A stretch of 32,000 nucleotides of DNA. Origin: Acinetobacter wanghuae (lineage in GTDB: Bacteria; Pseudomonadota; Gammaproteobacteria; Pseudomonadales; Moraxellaceae). Below, in pieces: positions 1 to 8,462 of the stretch (its first letter is position 1; every line of letters begins with the position of its first letter). The notes below the pieces were generated by a model that was given only the letters and a program-made list of their open reading frames with translations, did not search any database and was not told the DNA's origin. A program made the translations under genes and the position numbers. The stretch is taken from assembly GCF_009557235.1 (NCBI RefSeq), contig NZ_CP045650.1:420001-452000 (forward strand), given 5' to 3'.

Positions 1-2
1 TA

Positions 3-665
3 GCTGCGCTGTCTGATGATGAAGCAGCAGAAACCGCTGACCTGATGTCGAAAAAACGTTGTCCAATTTGTGAAACCGCAATGGACAGCTATGTGATTGA
101 CGGTGGTCGTAAATTGCATGTCTGTGGGAACAACCCAGACTGTGATGGTTATGAACTCGAAGAAGGTGAGTTCAAAATCAAAGGTTATGACGGTCCAACC
201 ATTCCATGTGACAAGTGTGATGGCGAAATGCAGTTGAAAACAGGTCGTTTCGGTCCTTACTTCGCCTGCAACAGCTGTGACAATACCCGTAAAGTATTGA
301 AGAGCGGTCAGCCAGCACCGCCACGTGTTGATCCAATTAAAATGGAACACTTACGCTCAACCAAACACGATGACTTCTTTGTTCTTCGTGATGGTGCAGC
401 GGGTCTGTTCTTGGCAGCAAGCAAGTTCCCGAAAGTCCGTGAAACACGTGCACCGAAGGTTGCTGAACTGCGTTCTGTGGCGGAACAGATTGATCCGAAA
501 TATCAATTTATTTTGCAAGCGCCAGATGTTGACCCTGAAGGTAATCCAACTTTGGTTAAATTCAGCCGTAAAAACCAATCACAATATATTGGTTCTGAAA
601 ATGCAGAAGGTAAACAAACCAAATGGTCTTTGGTTTACCAAGATGGGAAATGGGTTGAAGCTTAA
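3..665 (+). CDS. topA: DNA topoisomerase I, C-terminal fragment (5' end lies outside the window)
   Basis: The frame is open from the window edge with no stop between position 3 and the first listed Met. It has repeated Cys4 zinc-ribbon motifs (CPIC...CGNNPDC; CDKCDG...GRFGPYFACNSC) typical of type IA topoisomerase C-terminal domains. A terminator follows. Confidence 0.8.
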   Translation, partial: AALSDDEAAETADLMSKKRCPICETAMDSYVIDGGRKLHVCGNNPDCDGYELEEGEFKIKGYDGPTIPCDKCDGEMQLKTGRFGPYFACNSCDNTRKVLKSGQPAPPRVDPIKMEHLRSTKHDDFFVLRDGAAGLFLAASKFPKVRETRAPKVAELRSVAEQIDPKYQFILQAPDVDPEGNPTLVKFSRKNQSQYIGSENAEGKQTKWSLVYQDGKWVEA

Positions 666-683
666 GCTTCGATAAAATCAAAA

Positions 684-710
684 AATGCTGACTTCGGTCG
701 GCATTTTTTA
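684..710 (+). terminator. Rho-independent terminator after topA
   Basis: Stem tgctgac (686-692) pairs with gtcggca (697-703) with one G-U pair, loop ttcg, followed by a T6 run. Confidence 0.75.
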
Positions 711-769
711 TGTCAAAATGAATCCTGAAAAAAGAATCTAAAAATAAAAAAATCTAGGGGATGCTTTGA

Positions 770-1573
770 ATGCAAACAAAAAAATTCGCAGTCTTGATTG
801 ATGCAGATAATTCATCTGTGAATGCGATTTCACATGTTTTAGAAGAAGTTGCGAAATATGGTATTGCCAGTGTGAAACGTATTTATGGCGATTGGAGTAG
901 CGAAACGCTAAAGAGTTGGCGTGATGTGTTATTGCCGCACGCCATTACGCCTGTACAGCAATTTGCCTATACCAAGGGTAAAGATGCCACCGATATGATT
1001 TTAATTATTGATGCGATGGATTTGCTTTATGCCGGTGCTTTAGATGGCTTTTGTATTGTATCGAGCGATAGTGATTTCACCCCGTTAGCCTCACGTATTC
1101 GCGAAAATGGCTTAGCTGTGTATGGTTTTGGTCGTAAAAATACACCTGAGGCGTTTAAAAAAGCCTGCGATAAGTTTATTTACGTTGAAAACTTAATGAG
1201 TGATATTGAGATTAAACAGCAAGAAGATGAAGAACTCAGCACCAGTTCTCAAAAGAAAACGGCAACTTCAGAAAAAGTCATTGAAAATAAAATCACATCC
1301 TCTGCAAAAGATAATATCGTTTTGCCTGATAGCTTAGATGGCGCAACACTCAATCTGATTTATAAAGCGGTCAAAGACAACGCAGATGAAAATGGTTGGG
1401 CAAATTTAAGTATGGTTGGGCAGTATATTAGTGCAGTAAAACCTGATTTTGATTCACGTAACTATGGTCGAGCGAAACTGTCTGGCTTGATTAAAACATT
1501 AAATTTATTTGAAACAAAAATAGAAATGAGCCAAATGTATTTAAGAAAAATGAAGAAACAAGGCCTTCAATAA
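770..1573 (+). CDS. NYN (LabA/PIN-like) domain protein with a C-terminal OST-HTH/LOTUS-like region; predicted RNase or RNA-binding protein
   Basis: The N-terminal pattern FAVLIDADN...DATDMILIIDAMD...IVSSDSDFTPLA...YGFG matches the acidic-residue layout of NYN/LabA nucleases. The C-terminal roughly 80 aa (LNLIYKAV...WANLSMVGQYI...FDSRNYGRAKLSGLI) resembles OST-HTH/LOTUS. Confidence 0.75.
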   Translation: MQTKKFAVLIDADNSSVNAISHVLEEVAKYGIASVKRIYGDWSSETLKSWRDVLLPHAITPVQQFAYTKGKDATDMILIIDAMDLLYAGALDGFCIVSSDSDFTPLASRIRENGLAVYGFGRKNTPEAFKKACDKFIYVENLMSDIEIKQQEDEELSTSSQKKTATSEKVIENKITSSAKDNIVLPDSLDGATLNLIYKAVKDNADENGWANLSMVGQYISAVKPDFDSRNYGRAKLSGLIKTLNLFETKIEMSQMYLRKMKKQGLQ

Positions 1574-1575
1574 TT

Positions 1576-2334
1576 ATGTGGAAAAAAGTCCGGATCCTCA
1601 TTTTATTGGTCATCTTGCTGATTGTTGCTGTAAATGCCTATCGTGATCAAAACCAAAATTGGTCTAAACCAATTTTCGTGCAGTTACATCCAATCAATGC
1701 CGATGGATCAAATATCACAGCACAATATATCCAACAACTGTCTCATCAAGATTTAGCGGGCGTAGAGCAATATTTGAAACTGCAAGCCAGTAAATATACT
1801 TCTACACCCGTTCATTTCTATTTCAAGCTTGGACGTGAACTGCTTGAAGCACCTCCAAAAGTACCTGAACAAGCAAACGTGATCAGCATCATGCTGTGGA
1901 GTTTAAAGTTTCGTTATTATGCATGGAAGCATCAGCGCAGCTTGGATCTGACACCGACGGTGACTTTGTATTTGAATTTTTATGATCCTGCTAAATTTAA
2001 TGTACTCAAACACTCAACCGCGCTAGAGAAGGGGCGGATTGGCTCAGTGAACTTATTCGCGTCAAAGAAAAATTCAGAGCGCAATAAAGTGGTTTTAGTG
2101 CATGAGTTATTACATGCATTTGGAGCATCTGATAAATATGATTTAAGCTCAGGACAGCCAATTTATCCAATAGGTTATGCAGATCCGAATCAACTGCCAC
2201 TGTTCCCTCAAGCCAAAGCGGAACTCATGGCAGGACATATTCCGACCTCTCACAATGAAAGTAAAATGCCAGAATCAGTCGATGAAACCTTGATTAGTGA
2301 TCTGACTGCAACAGAAATCGGTTGGAAACCGTGA
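1576..2334 (+). CDS. Membrane-anchored putative zinc metallopeptidase (HExxHxxGxxD motif), otherwise uncharacterised
   Basis: It has an N-terminal hydrophobic anchor (KVRILILLVILLIVAVNA). HELLHAFGASD is encoded at nt 2101-2133. The start lies 2 nt after the NYN gene stop, which suggests an operon. Confidence 0.6.
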   Translation: MWKKVRILILLVILLIVAVNAYRDQNQNWSKPIFVQLHPINADGSNITAQYIQQLSHQDLAGVEQYLKLQASKYTSTPVHFYFKLGRELLEAPPKVPEQANVISIMLWSLKFRYYAWKHQRSLDLTPTVTLYLNFYDPAKFNVLKHSTALEKGRIGSVNLFASKKNSERNKVVLVHELLHAFGASDKYDLSSGQPIYPIGYADPNQLPLFPQAKAELMAGHIPTSHNESKMPESVDETLISDLTATEIGWKP

Positions 2335-2382
2335 TGTGGATAACTCAAAATTTATCCACATCTTGAACAGCAGATATGCACA
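2335..2382. promoter_or_regulatory. Cluster of three DnaA-box-like 9-mers: two perfect inverted boxes and one 8/9 box
   Basis: tgtggataa (2335-2343) is the reverse complement of TTATCCACA. ttatccaca (2352-2360) is a perfect consensus box. atatgcaca (2374-2382) matches TTATNCACA at 8 of 9 positions. The first two boxes also form a 10-bp inverted repeat (2334-2343 with 2352-2361). Confidence 0.5.
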
Positions 2383-2479
2383 ATAGTATTGCTAGAGAAA
2401 AGTAAGAGGACGTATTTGACAGTCTGACTTCTTAAGCTGATCTGTTAAACTGTCTATCTCCCTAGCACGATGATCGAAT

Positions 2480-4468
2480 ATGAGTTTAGCCAACCTGATT
2501 GATGAATTAAATCCTCAACAAAAGCAAGCTGCCACAACTGAAACAAAACATAGCTTGGTTTTAGCAGGAGCAGGGTGTGGCAAAACCAAGACCATCGTAG
2601 CGCGTGCCGCTTACTTAATTGAGCAAGGTGTACCTGCCAATCAAATCCAAATTTTGACCTTTACCCGCCGTGCAGCCAGTGAAATTGTCGCGCGTGTGGA
2701 GTTAGCTTTAGGTGATCAAGCTAAAGGGTTGCGTGCATCAACATTTCATACTTTTTGTATGTATTTGCTGCGCCGTATTCCAAAAGCTTTTGGTTTAGAA
2801 CAATTCTCGATTATTGATCGTGATGATCAACTCATGATGTTCCGCCTGATTCGCGGTAAAGATGATAAGAACAATCCGAATAGCTTGCCGAAGCCCAAAG
2901 AGCTATGTGATCTATATTCCTATGCGCGCAACACACGTCAAAAACTCAGTGTCGCTTTAGAAAAACAGATGCCTGAGCATTTGGCATTTATCAACATCAT
3001 TGGCGACATCATGAAAGAATACGAAACACGAAAACGTGCGCGTAGTTTTTTAGATTACGATGATATTTTGGCAATTGTTGCAGCTGCACTCGCTGAGTCT
3101 GATGGCTTAGTGGATTATGTGGCTTCAATTTGTCGTCATATGCTCGTTGATGAAATGCAGGATACCAACCCACTGCAGTGGGCCTTGCTCGAACCTTTAA
3201 AAGACAAAGTTAATTTGTTCTGTGTTGGCGATGACGCACAATCCATTTACGGTTTCCGTGGTGCGGATTTTGAAAATATCCACCACTTTAAAGAACGTGT
3301 GCCTGATGCTGAAATTTTTAAGCTAGAGAAAAATTATCGTTCTACCCAAGAAATTTTAGATTTATCCAATTGGTTACTTGATCAATCCGAGATTAAATAT
3401 GACAAACGTTTAGATGCACATCGTGGTGAAGGCATTAAACCGAAAATGCATATTTTTCCGAACGAATTTGATGAAGCCAAATGGATCGCGATTGATATCA
3501 AAGAACGCCATTATATTGAGGGTAGTCCTTGGCGTGATCACATGGTCTTGGTGCGTTCAAGTTTCGCTGCGCGTCATATAGAAGCCGCGTGTATTGCTGC
3601 CAATGTGCCGTATCGCTTTATTGGCGGTATGAAACTACTTGAAACCGCGCATGTGAAAGACTTAATGAGCTTACTGCGTGTAATTGCCAATCCACTCGAT
3701 GATATTGCGTGGATGCGTTTCTTAACACTGTGGAATGGTGTAGGTGATGTGGGTGCAAGTAAACTGGCACAGCAACTTTTGCTTGAACCGAGTATGGATA
3801 AAATTGCTGAAAAGCTTGAACAATTTGGACGGATTCCGGCTGAAACCTTGCTCATCATGAAACAAATGGATGTGCTGCGCTCAGAAGTCAAAGCTTGCGT
3901 GAGTTTGGCGGTACAAGCCATTGAAAACCAATTGGCAGAAAATTATAAAAAAGATTGGGCACGTCGCCAAGGTGACTTTGAACTGGTCAAACAATTGGCT
4001 GCCAAGCATGGTCAACTCAGTGAATTCTTGGAAGCCTATGTGCTCGATCCTGTTTCTATTTCAGAAATAGAACGTCAGTCTGATAACGATGTGGTGACGC
4101 TGATTACGATTCACTCTGCCAAAGGGACCGAGCAAAAAGTGTGTTATGTGGCGAATGTGACACCCGGACAATATCCACATGCGCGTGCTCAAGGTGACTT
4201 TAATGAAGTCGAAGAAGAACGTCGTGTGCTGTATGTGGCGATGACGCGTGCACAAAATGAATTGATTTTAACCAAGCAAAATTTAAATCATTGGGCACGT
4301 GAAACTGTCGATGAACAAGGTCGTAAAGTGGAAAGCTACTTTATGAATGATTTAACCCGCAATTTATGTACTTTGGAAACCCATTACAAAACGCGTCAGC
4401 AGACGGTGAAAAGTGCCTTAATTGAAAGTAAGTCGATTAATTTAGATTTTGGCATTGATCTCGATTAA
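2480..4468 (+). CDS. UvrD/Rep/PcrA-family (SF1) ATP-dependent DNA helicase, divergent paralog
   Basis: Walker A AGAGCGKTKT, motif II VDEMQDTN, CVGDDAQSIYGFRGA, KNYRST, and C-terminal motifs ITIHSAKGTE and VLYVAMTRAQNEL. Confidence 0.85.
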   Translation: MSLANLIDELNPQQKQAATTETKHSLVLAGAGCGKTKTIVARAAYLIEQGVPANQIQILTFTRRAASEIVARVELALGDQAKGLRASTFHTFCMYLLRRIPKAFGLEQFSIIDRDDQLMMFRLIRGKDDKNNPNSLPKPKELCDLYSYARNTRQKLSVALEKQMPEHLAFINIIGDIMKEYETRKRARSFLDYDDILAIVAAALAESDGLVDYVASICRHMLVDEMQDTNPLQWALLEPLKDKVNLFCVGDDAQSIYGFRGADFENIHHFKERVPDAEIFKLEKNYRSTQEILDLSNWLLDQSEIKYDKRLDAHRGEGIKPKMHIFPNEFDEAKWIAIDIKERHYIEGSPWRDHMVLVRSSFAARHIEAACIAANVPYRFIGGMKLLETAHVKDLMSLLRVIANPLDDIAWMRFLTLWNGVGDVGASKLAQQLLLEPSMDKIAEKLEQFGRIPAETLLIMKQMDVLRSEVKACVSLAVQAIENQLAENYKKDWARRQGDFELVKQLAAKHGQLSEFLEAYVLDPVSISEIERQSDNDVVTLITIHSAKGTEQKVCYVANVTPGQYPHARAQGDFNEVEEERRVLYVAMTRAQNELILTKQNLNHWARETVDEQGRKVESYFMNDLTRNLCTLETHYKTRQQTVKSALIESKSINLDFGIDLD

Positions 4469-4551
4469 ACTAGAGACAAATTGTTTTGTGCAAAAAGTAG
4501 AGTAGGCGTGTGCTTTTTGATATTTTTTGCCTATCTTCTTAAGGTTAATAG

Positions 4552-4824
4552 ATGAAAATTTTAGTTCGTAACTTAGATCGTACCGTTCCTGAAGCGGAAT
4601 TACTTAAGTTATTTCAAGCATATGGCACAGTTGCTTCATGTACTTTGGTGATGGACCCTGTGACAAAAAAATCAAAAGGTTTTGCTTTTGTTGAAATGCC
4701 ACATGGTCGTGAAGCGATTAAAGCAATTAAAGGTTTAAATACTTTACGTTTGCATGGTCATGGTATTCGTGTAAAACAAGCAGAAGAAAAACCGACGGAT
4801 GCAGCGCCATCTGAAGCAAAATAA
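4552..4824 (+). CDS. Small RRM-type RNA-binding protein
   Basis: A 90-aa protein with RNP2-like KILVRNL and RNP1-like KGFAFVEM motifs. A terminator follows. Confidence 0.85.
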   Translation: MKILVRNLDRTVPEAELLKLFQAYGTVASCTLVMDPVTKKSKGFAFVEMPHGREAIKAIKGLNTLRLHGHGIRVKQAEEKPTDAAPSEAK

Positions 4825-4831
4825 ATACAAG

Positions 4832-4855
4832 AGGGAGCGTAAAGCTCCTTTTTTG
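4832..4855 (+). terminator. Rho-independent terminator after the RRM gene
   Basis: Stem ggagc (4834-4838) pairs with gctcc (4844-4848), followed by a T6 run. Confidence 0.6.
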
Positions 4856-5086
4856 TGGCTCAAAAAACCTTTTTAGGTCATTTTTACCTGAACATCATCA
4901 TCAACATGCTGTTCTTTCAATAAAACAACGTATGCGATTGCTTATTTGGTTGATTGTGTGTTAATTGCTGATTAATTGATCTATCTCTCCGTTATTTTTA
5001 AAATTTATCTAAAAACAAGATTGCTAAAAAAATGTACAAGTTTTAATTTGGATATTATCCATCGTGCTTATTCTTAGGACAATTTA

Positions 5087-5590
5087 ATGACTCGTGTCGC
5101 GCGCTACCATGCAGATCGTACCAATCAAAAACTTTATTTTGCGCGTTTATCATGTCAACAAGCCGAACAGGTTGAGCATATTCAACAAGCACAGGCACAT
5201 CGTGAAGCGGCAGTGTTTCATTTACAAGGCGCGGTCATGGCGTTTTTACAAGAATTGGTGCGTTACTATCGTTTGAATGACAGTCAGCCGACTTTAAAGT
5301 CAATTGAAGAGCATATGGCGGCAAAAGGGCAGATTTCTCCTGAGATTGTCATTTTGCAGCAGCTTGCCAAAGACGGATTTATTGCTGAGTTAAAACGTGC
5401 TTATCGCATGTGTCAGTATGCTCCTGAACCAAGTGCACCTGAGCCTGAAGATGAAACATCTTCAAACTTAATTATTAAAGTCACGCAAACACCACAAGCT
5501 TGGTTGCCCGATAGCGCTATTCTACGTGAGTGGCATCGTGAACTTACCGACCTGATTGATGGCTTCCGCCATGAAATGGTCGAGTTCTAA
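5087..5590 (+). CDS. Conserved-looking hypothetical protein, helical and acidic in the C-terminal half
   Basis: A 167-aa ORF with coding-like composition and no competing ORF. I recognise no motif and the Shine-Dalgarno sequence is weak. Confidence 0.55.
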   Translation: MTRVARYHADRTNQKLYFARLSCQQAEQVEHIQQAQAHREAAVFHLQGAVMAFLQELVRYYRLNDSQPTLKSIEEHMAAKGQISPEIVILQQLAKDGFIAELKRAYRMCQYAPEPSAPEPEDETSSNLIIKVTQTPQAWLPDSAILREWHRELTDLIDGFRHEMVEF

Positions 5591-5691
5591 GCTTTGCTTG
5601 CACTTGAATTGTAAAAATTTACCCCGATATTAATCAGTCTGAATGCTTTAAATGTACTTGCCTACGTAACCATGCTTCACATGGAGGATCT

Positions 5692-5970
5692 ATGTCTATT
5701 GAACAGTTGAAAGAATTATTTGGTAATCAAGATGCGATTTTAGAACTCGTTCAACTTGAAAGTGGTGAATTGGCATTACGTAATGCAGGTTCAGAAACAC
5801 AGCCACTGGTGACGATTCAATTCAATGATGATGTCAATGCATTGCTTGGCGATCAAGCACCTGTAATTGCACAGCATATGATTCAGGCAGCTTTGTGTGG
5901 CTTATTTGAAAAACAAGTCAATGAAATGCAAGCTGAAGTTGTGGAAGAAAAGCCACGCTTTTTAAGTTAA
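5692..5970 (+). CDS. Hypothetical small acidic protein
   Basis: A 92-aa ORF preceded by ggagg about 6 nt upstream and followed by a strong terminator. I recognise no motif. Confidence 0.55.
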   Translation: MSIEQLKELFGNQDAILELVQLESGELALRNAGSETQPLVTIQFNDDVNALLGDQAPVIAQHMIQAALCGLFEKQVNEMQAEVVEEKPRFLS

Positions 5971-6000
5971 TTATTCAGATCTAAATAGCCTGAGAAATAT

Positions 6001-6033
6001 AAAAAAAGCGCACTGTAAAGTGCGCTTTTTTTT
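6001..6033. terminator. Bidirectional rho-independent terminator between convergent genes
   Basis: An 8-bp stem, agcgcact (6007-6014) with agtgcgct (6019-6026), loop gtaa, flanked by an A7 run and a T7 run. Confidence 0.85.
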
Positions 6034-6040
6034 ATGCTGC

Positions 6041-7756
6041 TTAATGTGAGCTTGGATGCTGATGTGCGATTTCAATTTGGTGCAAAATATGACGACTCAT
6101 ATTTTTTGCCATTTCTTCTTTTGCATAGTAGACCGCACCAATATTATCTCGGCGAATGACTTCAGCTTCTTCCTTACTTTCAGCACAGACCAAAACCTGA
6201 ATTTCGGGATTCAGTGTTTTCGCAATATCCACGATTTTATGAATATCTAAAATATCCATCGGTGAAATCACCAAAAGGCGCGCGTGTTGAATATGTGCCT
6301 GAATGAGTACACTCGGTTCAGTTGCAACACCCGACACCGCAGCAATGCCTTTTGCTCGTAAATTTTCTACAATTTCACGATTTTCTTCGGCAATGACGAC
6401 TTTAATGTTTTTATCCATGAGTGATTTGGTGACACGACGACCGACTTCACCATGACCAATCATCACCACTTGATCGCGTAGGTAGTCTTGTGAGACTTCA
6501 TCTGGCAGCATTGCCAATGGGTCACCACTACGCTCTAACAAACGTGCCAAAGACGAGCGCTCACGAATCCAATGTTGTACGGGTTCAATCGCAGAAAACA
6601 CAAATGAGTTTAACGTAATCGAAATTAAAGCGCCGGCTAAAATCAGATTTTGTCCTTCAATTGACAATAACTGTAAGGACACACCGAGTGTTGCTAAAAT
6701 AAAGGAGAATTCACCAATTTGGGCAAGTGATGCGCCCACGGTTAAAGCCGTATTAATTGGGTAACGGAAGAACAGCACCAATGCCATTGCAGCAATGGTT
6801 TTACCTACTAAAATAATGCCCACGACAGCCAATACATGCAGTGGTTGTTCGACCAAAATACGTGGGTCGAAGAGCATGCCGACCGAAACAAAGAATAAAA
6901 TTGAGAAAATTTCACGTAAAGGCAGGGTTTCTTCTTCAGCACGGTGACTAAAATCAGATTCTTTCACCACCATACCTGCGAAGAATGCACCGAGTGCCAT
7001 CGACACGCCAAAGACTTTATAGGCACCAAAAGCAATTGAAATGGCTGCTGCGACCACAGTCAAGGTAAAGAGTTCACGAGAGCCTAAACGTGCGACAAAT
7101 TGCATGATCATCGGCACGAGACGTTTACCAATAATCAGCATAAAGGCAATAAAGCCAGCAACTTTGAGTAAGGTAATGCCTAATGTTGTCCAAATATTTT
7201 CATCGGCTGCACCTGCCAAGGCTTGACCGCCAAGCAACACTGCGGTTGCAGGTAAAAGCACTAAAGCCAAAACCATGACGAGGTCTTCAACAAGCAGCCA
7301 ACCTACCGCAATTTTACCGTTAACCGATTCTAGTAAGCCCCGATCCGCCAAGGCTTTGAGCAATACTACGGTACTGGCACAGGAAAGACTTAAACCGAAC
7401 ACCAATGCCGAGCCAAATTCCCAACCCCAAAGCATGGACACACCAATACCGAGTAAGGTCGCAACTGCAATTTGTAAAATTGCACCCGGCAGGGCAATAC
7501 GACGGACTTGCATTAAATCATTTAAGGAAAAATGCATGCCAACGCCAAACATCAAGAACATGACACCGAGTTCAGCTAACTGATTGGCAAGATGAATATC
7601 ACCGACAATCCCTGGGGTATTGGGACTAATAATGACACCGGCAATTAAATATCCGATCAATGGCGGTAAACGTAGGCGTGCTGCAATATAGCCAAAAACT
7701 AAAGCCAGACCAAAACCAACAGCCAGTAATATGATTAGATCAACATCATGCGGCAC
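6041..7756 (-). CDS. CPA2-family monovalent cation:proton antiporter (Kef/YbaL-like) with a C-terminal TrkA-N/RCK domain
   Basis: A polytopic N-terminal domain of about 400 aa with many TM segments. The C-terminal Rossmann motif VVMIGHGEVGRRV is typical of Kef/YbaL-type exchangers. Confidence 0.85.
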   Translation of the reverse strand: MPHDVDLIILLAVGFGLALVFGYIAARLRLPPLIGYLIAGVIISPNTPGIVGDIHLANQLAELGVMFLMFGVGMHFSLNDLMQVRRIALPGAILQIAVATLLGIGVSMLWGWEFGSALVFGLSLSCASTVVLLKALADRGLLESVNGKIAVGWLLVEDLVMVLALVLLPATAVLLGGQALAGAADENIWTTLGITLLKVAGFIAFMLIIGKRLVPMIMQFVARLGSRELFTLTVVAAAISIAFGAYKVFGVSMALGAFFAGMVVKESDFSHRAEEETLPLREIFSILFFVSVGMLFDPRILVEQPLHVLAVVGIILVGKTIAAMALVLFFRYPINTALTVGASLAQIGEFSFILATLGVSLQLLSIEGQNLILAGALISITLNSFVFSAIEPVQHWIRERSSLARLLERSGDPLAMLPDEVSQDYLRDQVVMIGHGEVGRRVTKSLMDKNIKVVIAEENREIVENLRAKGIAAVSGVATEPSVLIQAHIQHARLLVISPMDILDIHKIVDIAKTLNPEIQVLVCAESKEEAEVIRRDNIGAVYYAKEEMAKNMSRHILHQIEIAHQHPSSH

Positions 7757-7845
7757 TCAACACTCCTTTTAACGCGTGAATATGGGAAATAAGCACAAAA
7801 AATGCCAAAACGTCTTGAAAGTTTAGCAACTTGAATAAAAAAAAT

Positions 7846-7875
7846 GCAAAAAAAAACGACCTGTGAGGGTCGTTC
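7846..7875 (-). terminator. Rho-independent terminator of rpmB-rpmG
   Basis: Stem acgacc (7856-7861) pairs with ggtcgt (7868-7873). On the minus strand it is followed by a long T run (plus-strand A run 7847-7856). Confidence 0.8.
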
Positions 7876-7892
7876 TTTCAAGAAAACTAAAA

Positions 7893-8048
7893 TTATTTAA
7901 TTTTAGCTTCTTTAAAAATTACGTGTTGACGGATTTTTGGATCAAATTTTTTGATTTCCATTTTTTCCGGCATAGTACGTTTGTTCTTAGTCGTGGTATA
8001 GAAATAACCAGTACCAGCAGAAGAAACTAAGCGAATTTTATCACGCAT
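7893..8048 (-). CDS. rpmG: 50S ribosomal protein L33
   Basis: Absent from the ORF track because it is under 60 aa. My manual translation is [51 protein letters not shown]. An AAGGAG Shine-Dalgarno sequence lies 8 nt upstream, and the gene sits 12 nt downstream of rpmB. Confidence 0.92.
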
Positions 8049-8060
8049 GGTTCAGACTCC

Positions 8061-8297
8061 TTAGATCTTTTGACCTTGAGCACGTAGGTCAGCAACAACC
8101 TTCTCGATACCCAATTTGTCGATAATACGCATACCTTTAGTAGTTAGACGAAGACGTACAAAACGTTTTTCGCTTTCTAACCAGAAACGGTGGTGGTGCA
8201 GGTTCGGCTCGAACCGGCGTTTAGTTTTGTTGTTGGCGTGTGAGACGTTGTTACCAACGACTGGACGCTTGCCGGTAACTTGGCAAACCTTAGACAT
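8061..8297 (-). CDS. rpmB: 50S ribosomal protein L28
   Basis: [33 protein letters not shown]... is a canonical L28 sequence. The gene is followed by rpmG, as in most bacteria. Confidence 0.95.
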
Positions 8298-8419
8298 GGT
8301 GTAACTCCATTGATTCAGCCAACAGCAAATCTGTATGGCCAGTCAAAAATAAACGGATTGAATTCATTCAAGGGGCGTTTTATACCAAAAATGCGCTTAA
8401 AAGACAAGCGATTTCAGTT

Positions 8420-8452
8420 AAAACGAAACATGAGCTCGTTTGATAGCTCATG
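8420..8452 (-). terminator. Rho-independent terminator of the aldehyde dehydrogenase gene
   Basis: An 8-bp stem, catgagct (8429-8436) with agctcatg (8445-8452). On the minus strand it is followed by tttcgtttt. Confidence 0.65.
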
Positions 8453-8462
8453 CCTTGATCAT

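Noticed and set aside
325-675. ORFs overlapping topA: 325-675 (+), in an alternative frame on the same strand, and 357-578 (-), antisense.
   Set aside because: They lie entirely within a strongly supported topA reading frame. They have no recognisable motifs or Shine-Dalgarno sequences and are typical shadow ORFs.
3574-4255. Antisense ORFs inside the helicase gene (3574-3921 and 4061-4255, minus strand).
   Set aside because: They are shadow ORFs opposite a well-supported helicase frame, with low-complexity and odd composition.
770-4824. Reading NYN, zincin, UvrD-like helicase and RRM protein as a bona fide anti-phage defence island, for example Gabija-like.
   Set aside because: No OLD/TOPRIM ATPase (GajA-like) or other known partner is present. 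There are no integrase, transposase or tRNA borders. Composition looks the same as the flanking core genes by eye, and the genes fall into at least three transcription units. I kept it only as a moderate-interest hypothesis, not as a call.
7041-7583. Plus-strand ORFs 7041-7226 and 7275-7583 inside the antiporter gene.
   Set aside because: They are antisense to a 571-aa transporter with clear TM and RCK architecture. Their Ser/Thr/Pro/Ala-rich translations are typical of the reverse frame of a hydrophobic protein.
7838-7856. A long A-rich tract (aaaaaaaatgcaaaaaaaaa) considered as a possible slippage or phase-variation tract.
   Set aside because: It is intergenic and forms the U-tract of the rpmBG terminator on the minus strand, so it is not inside a coding region or between promoter elements.
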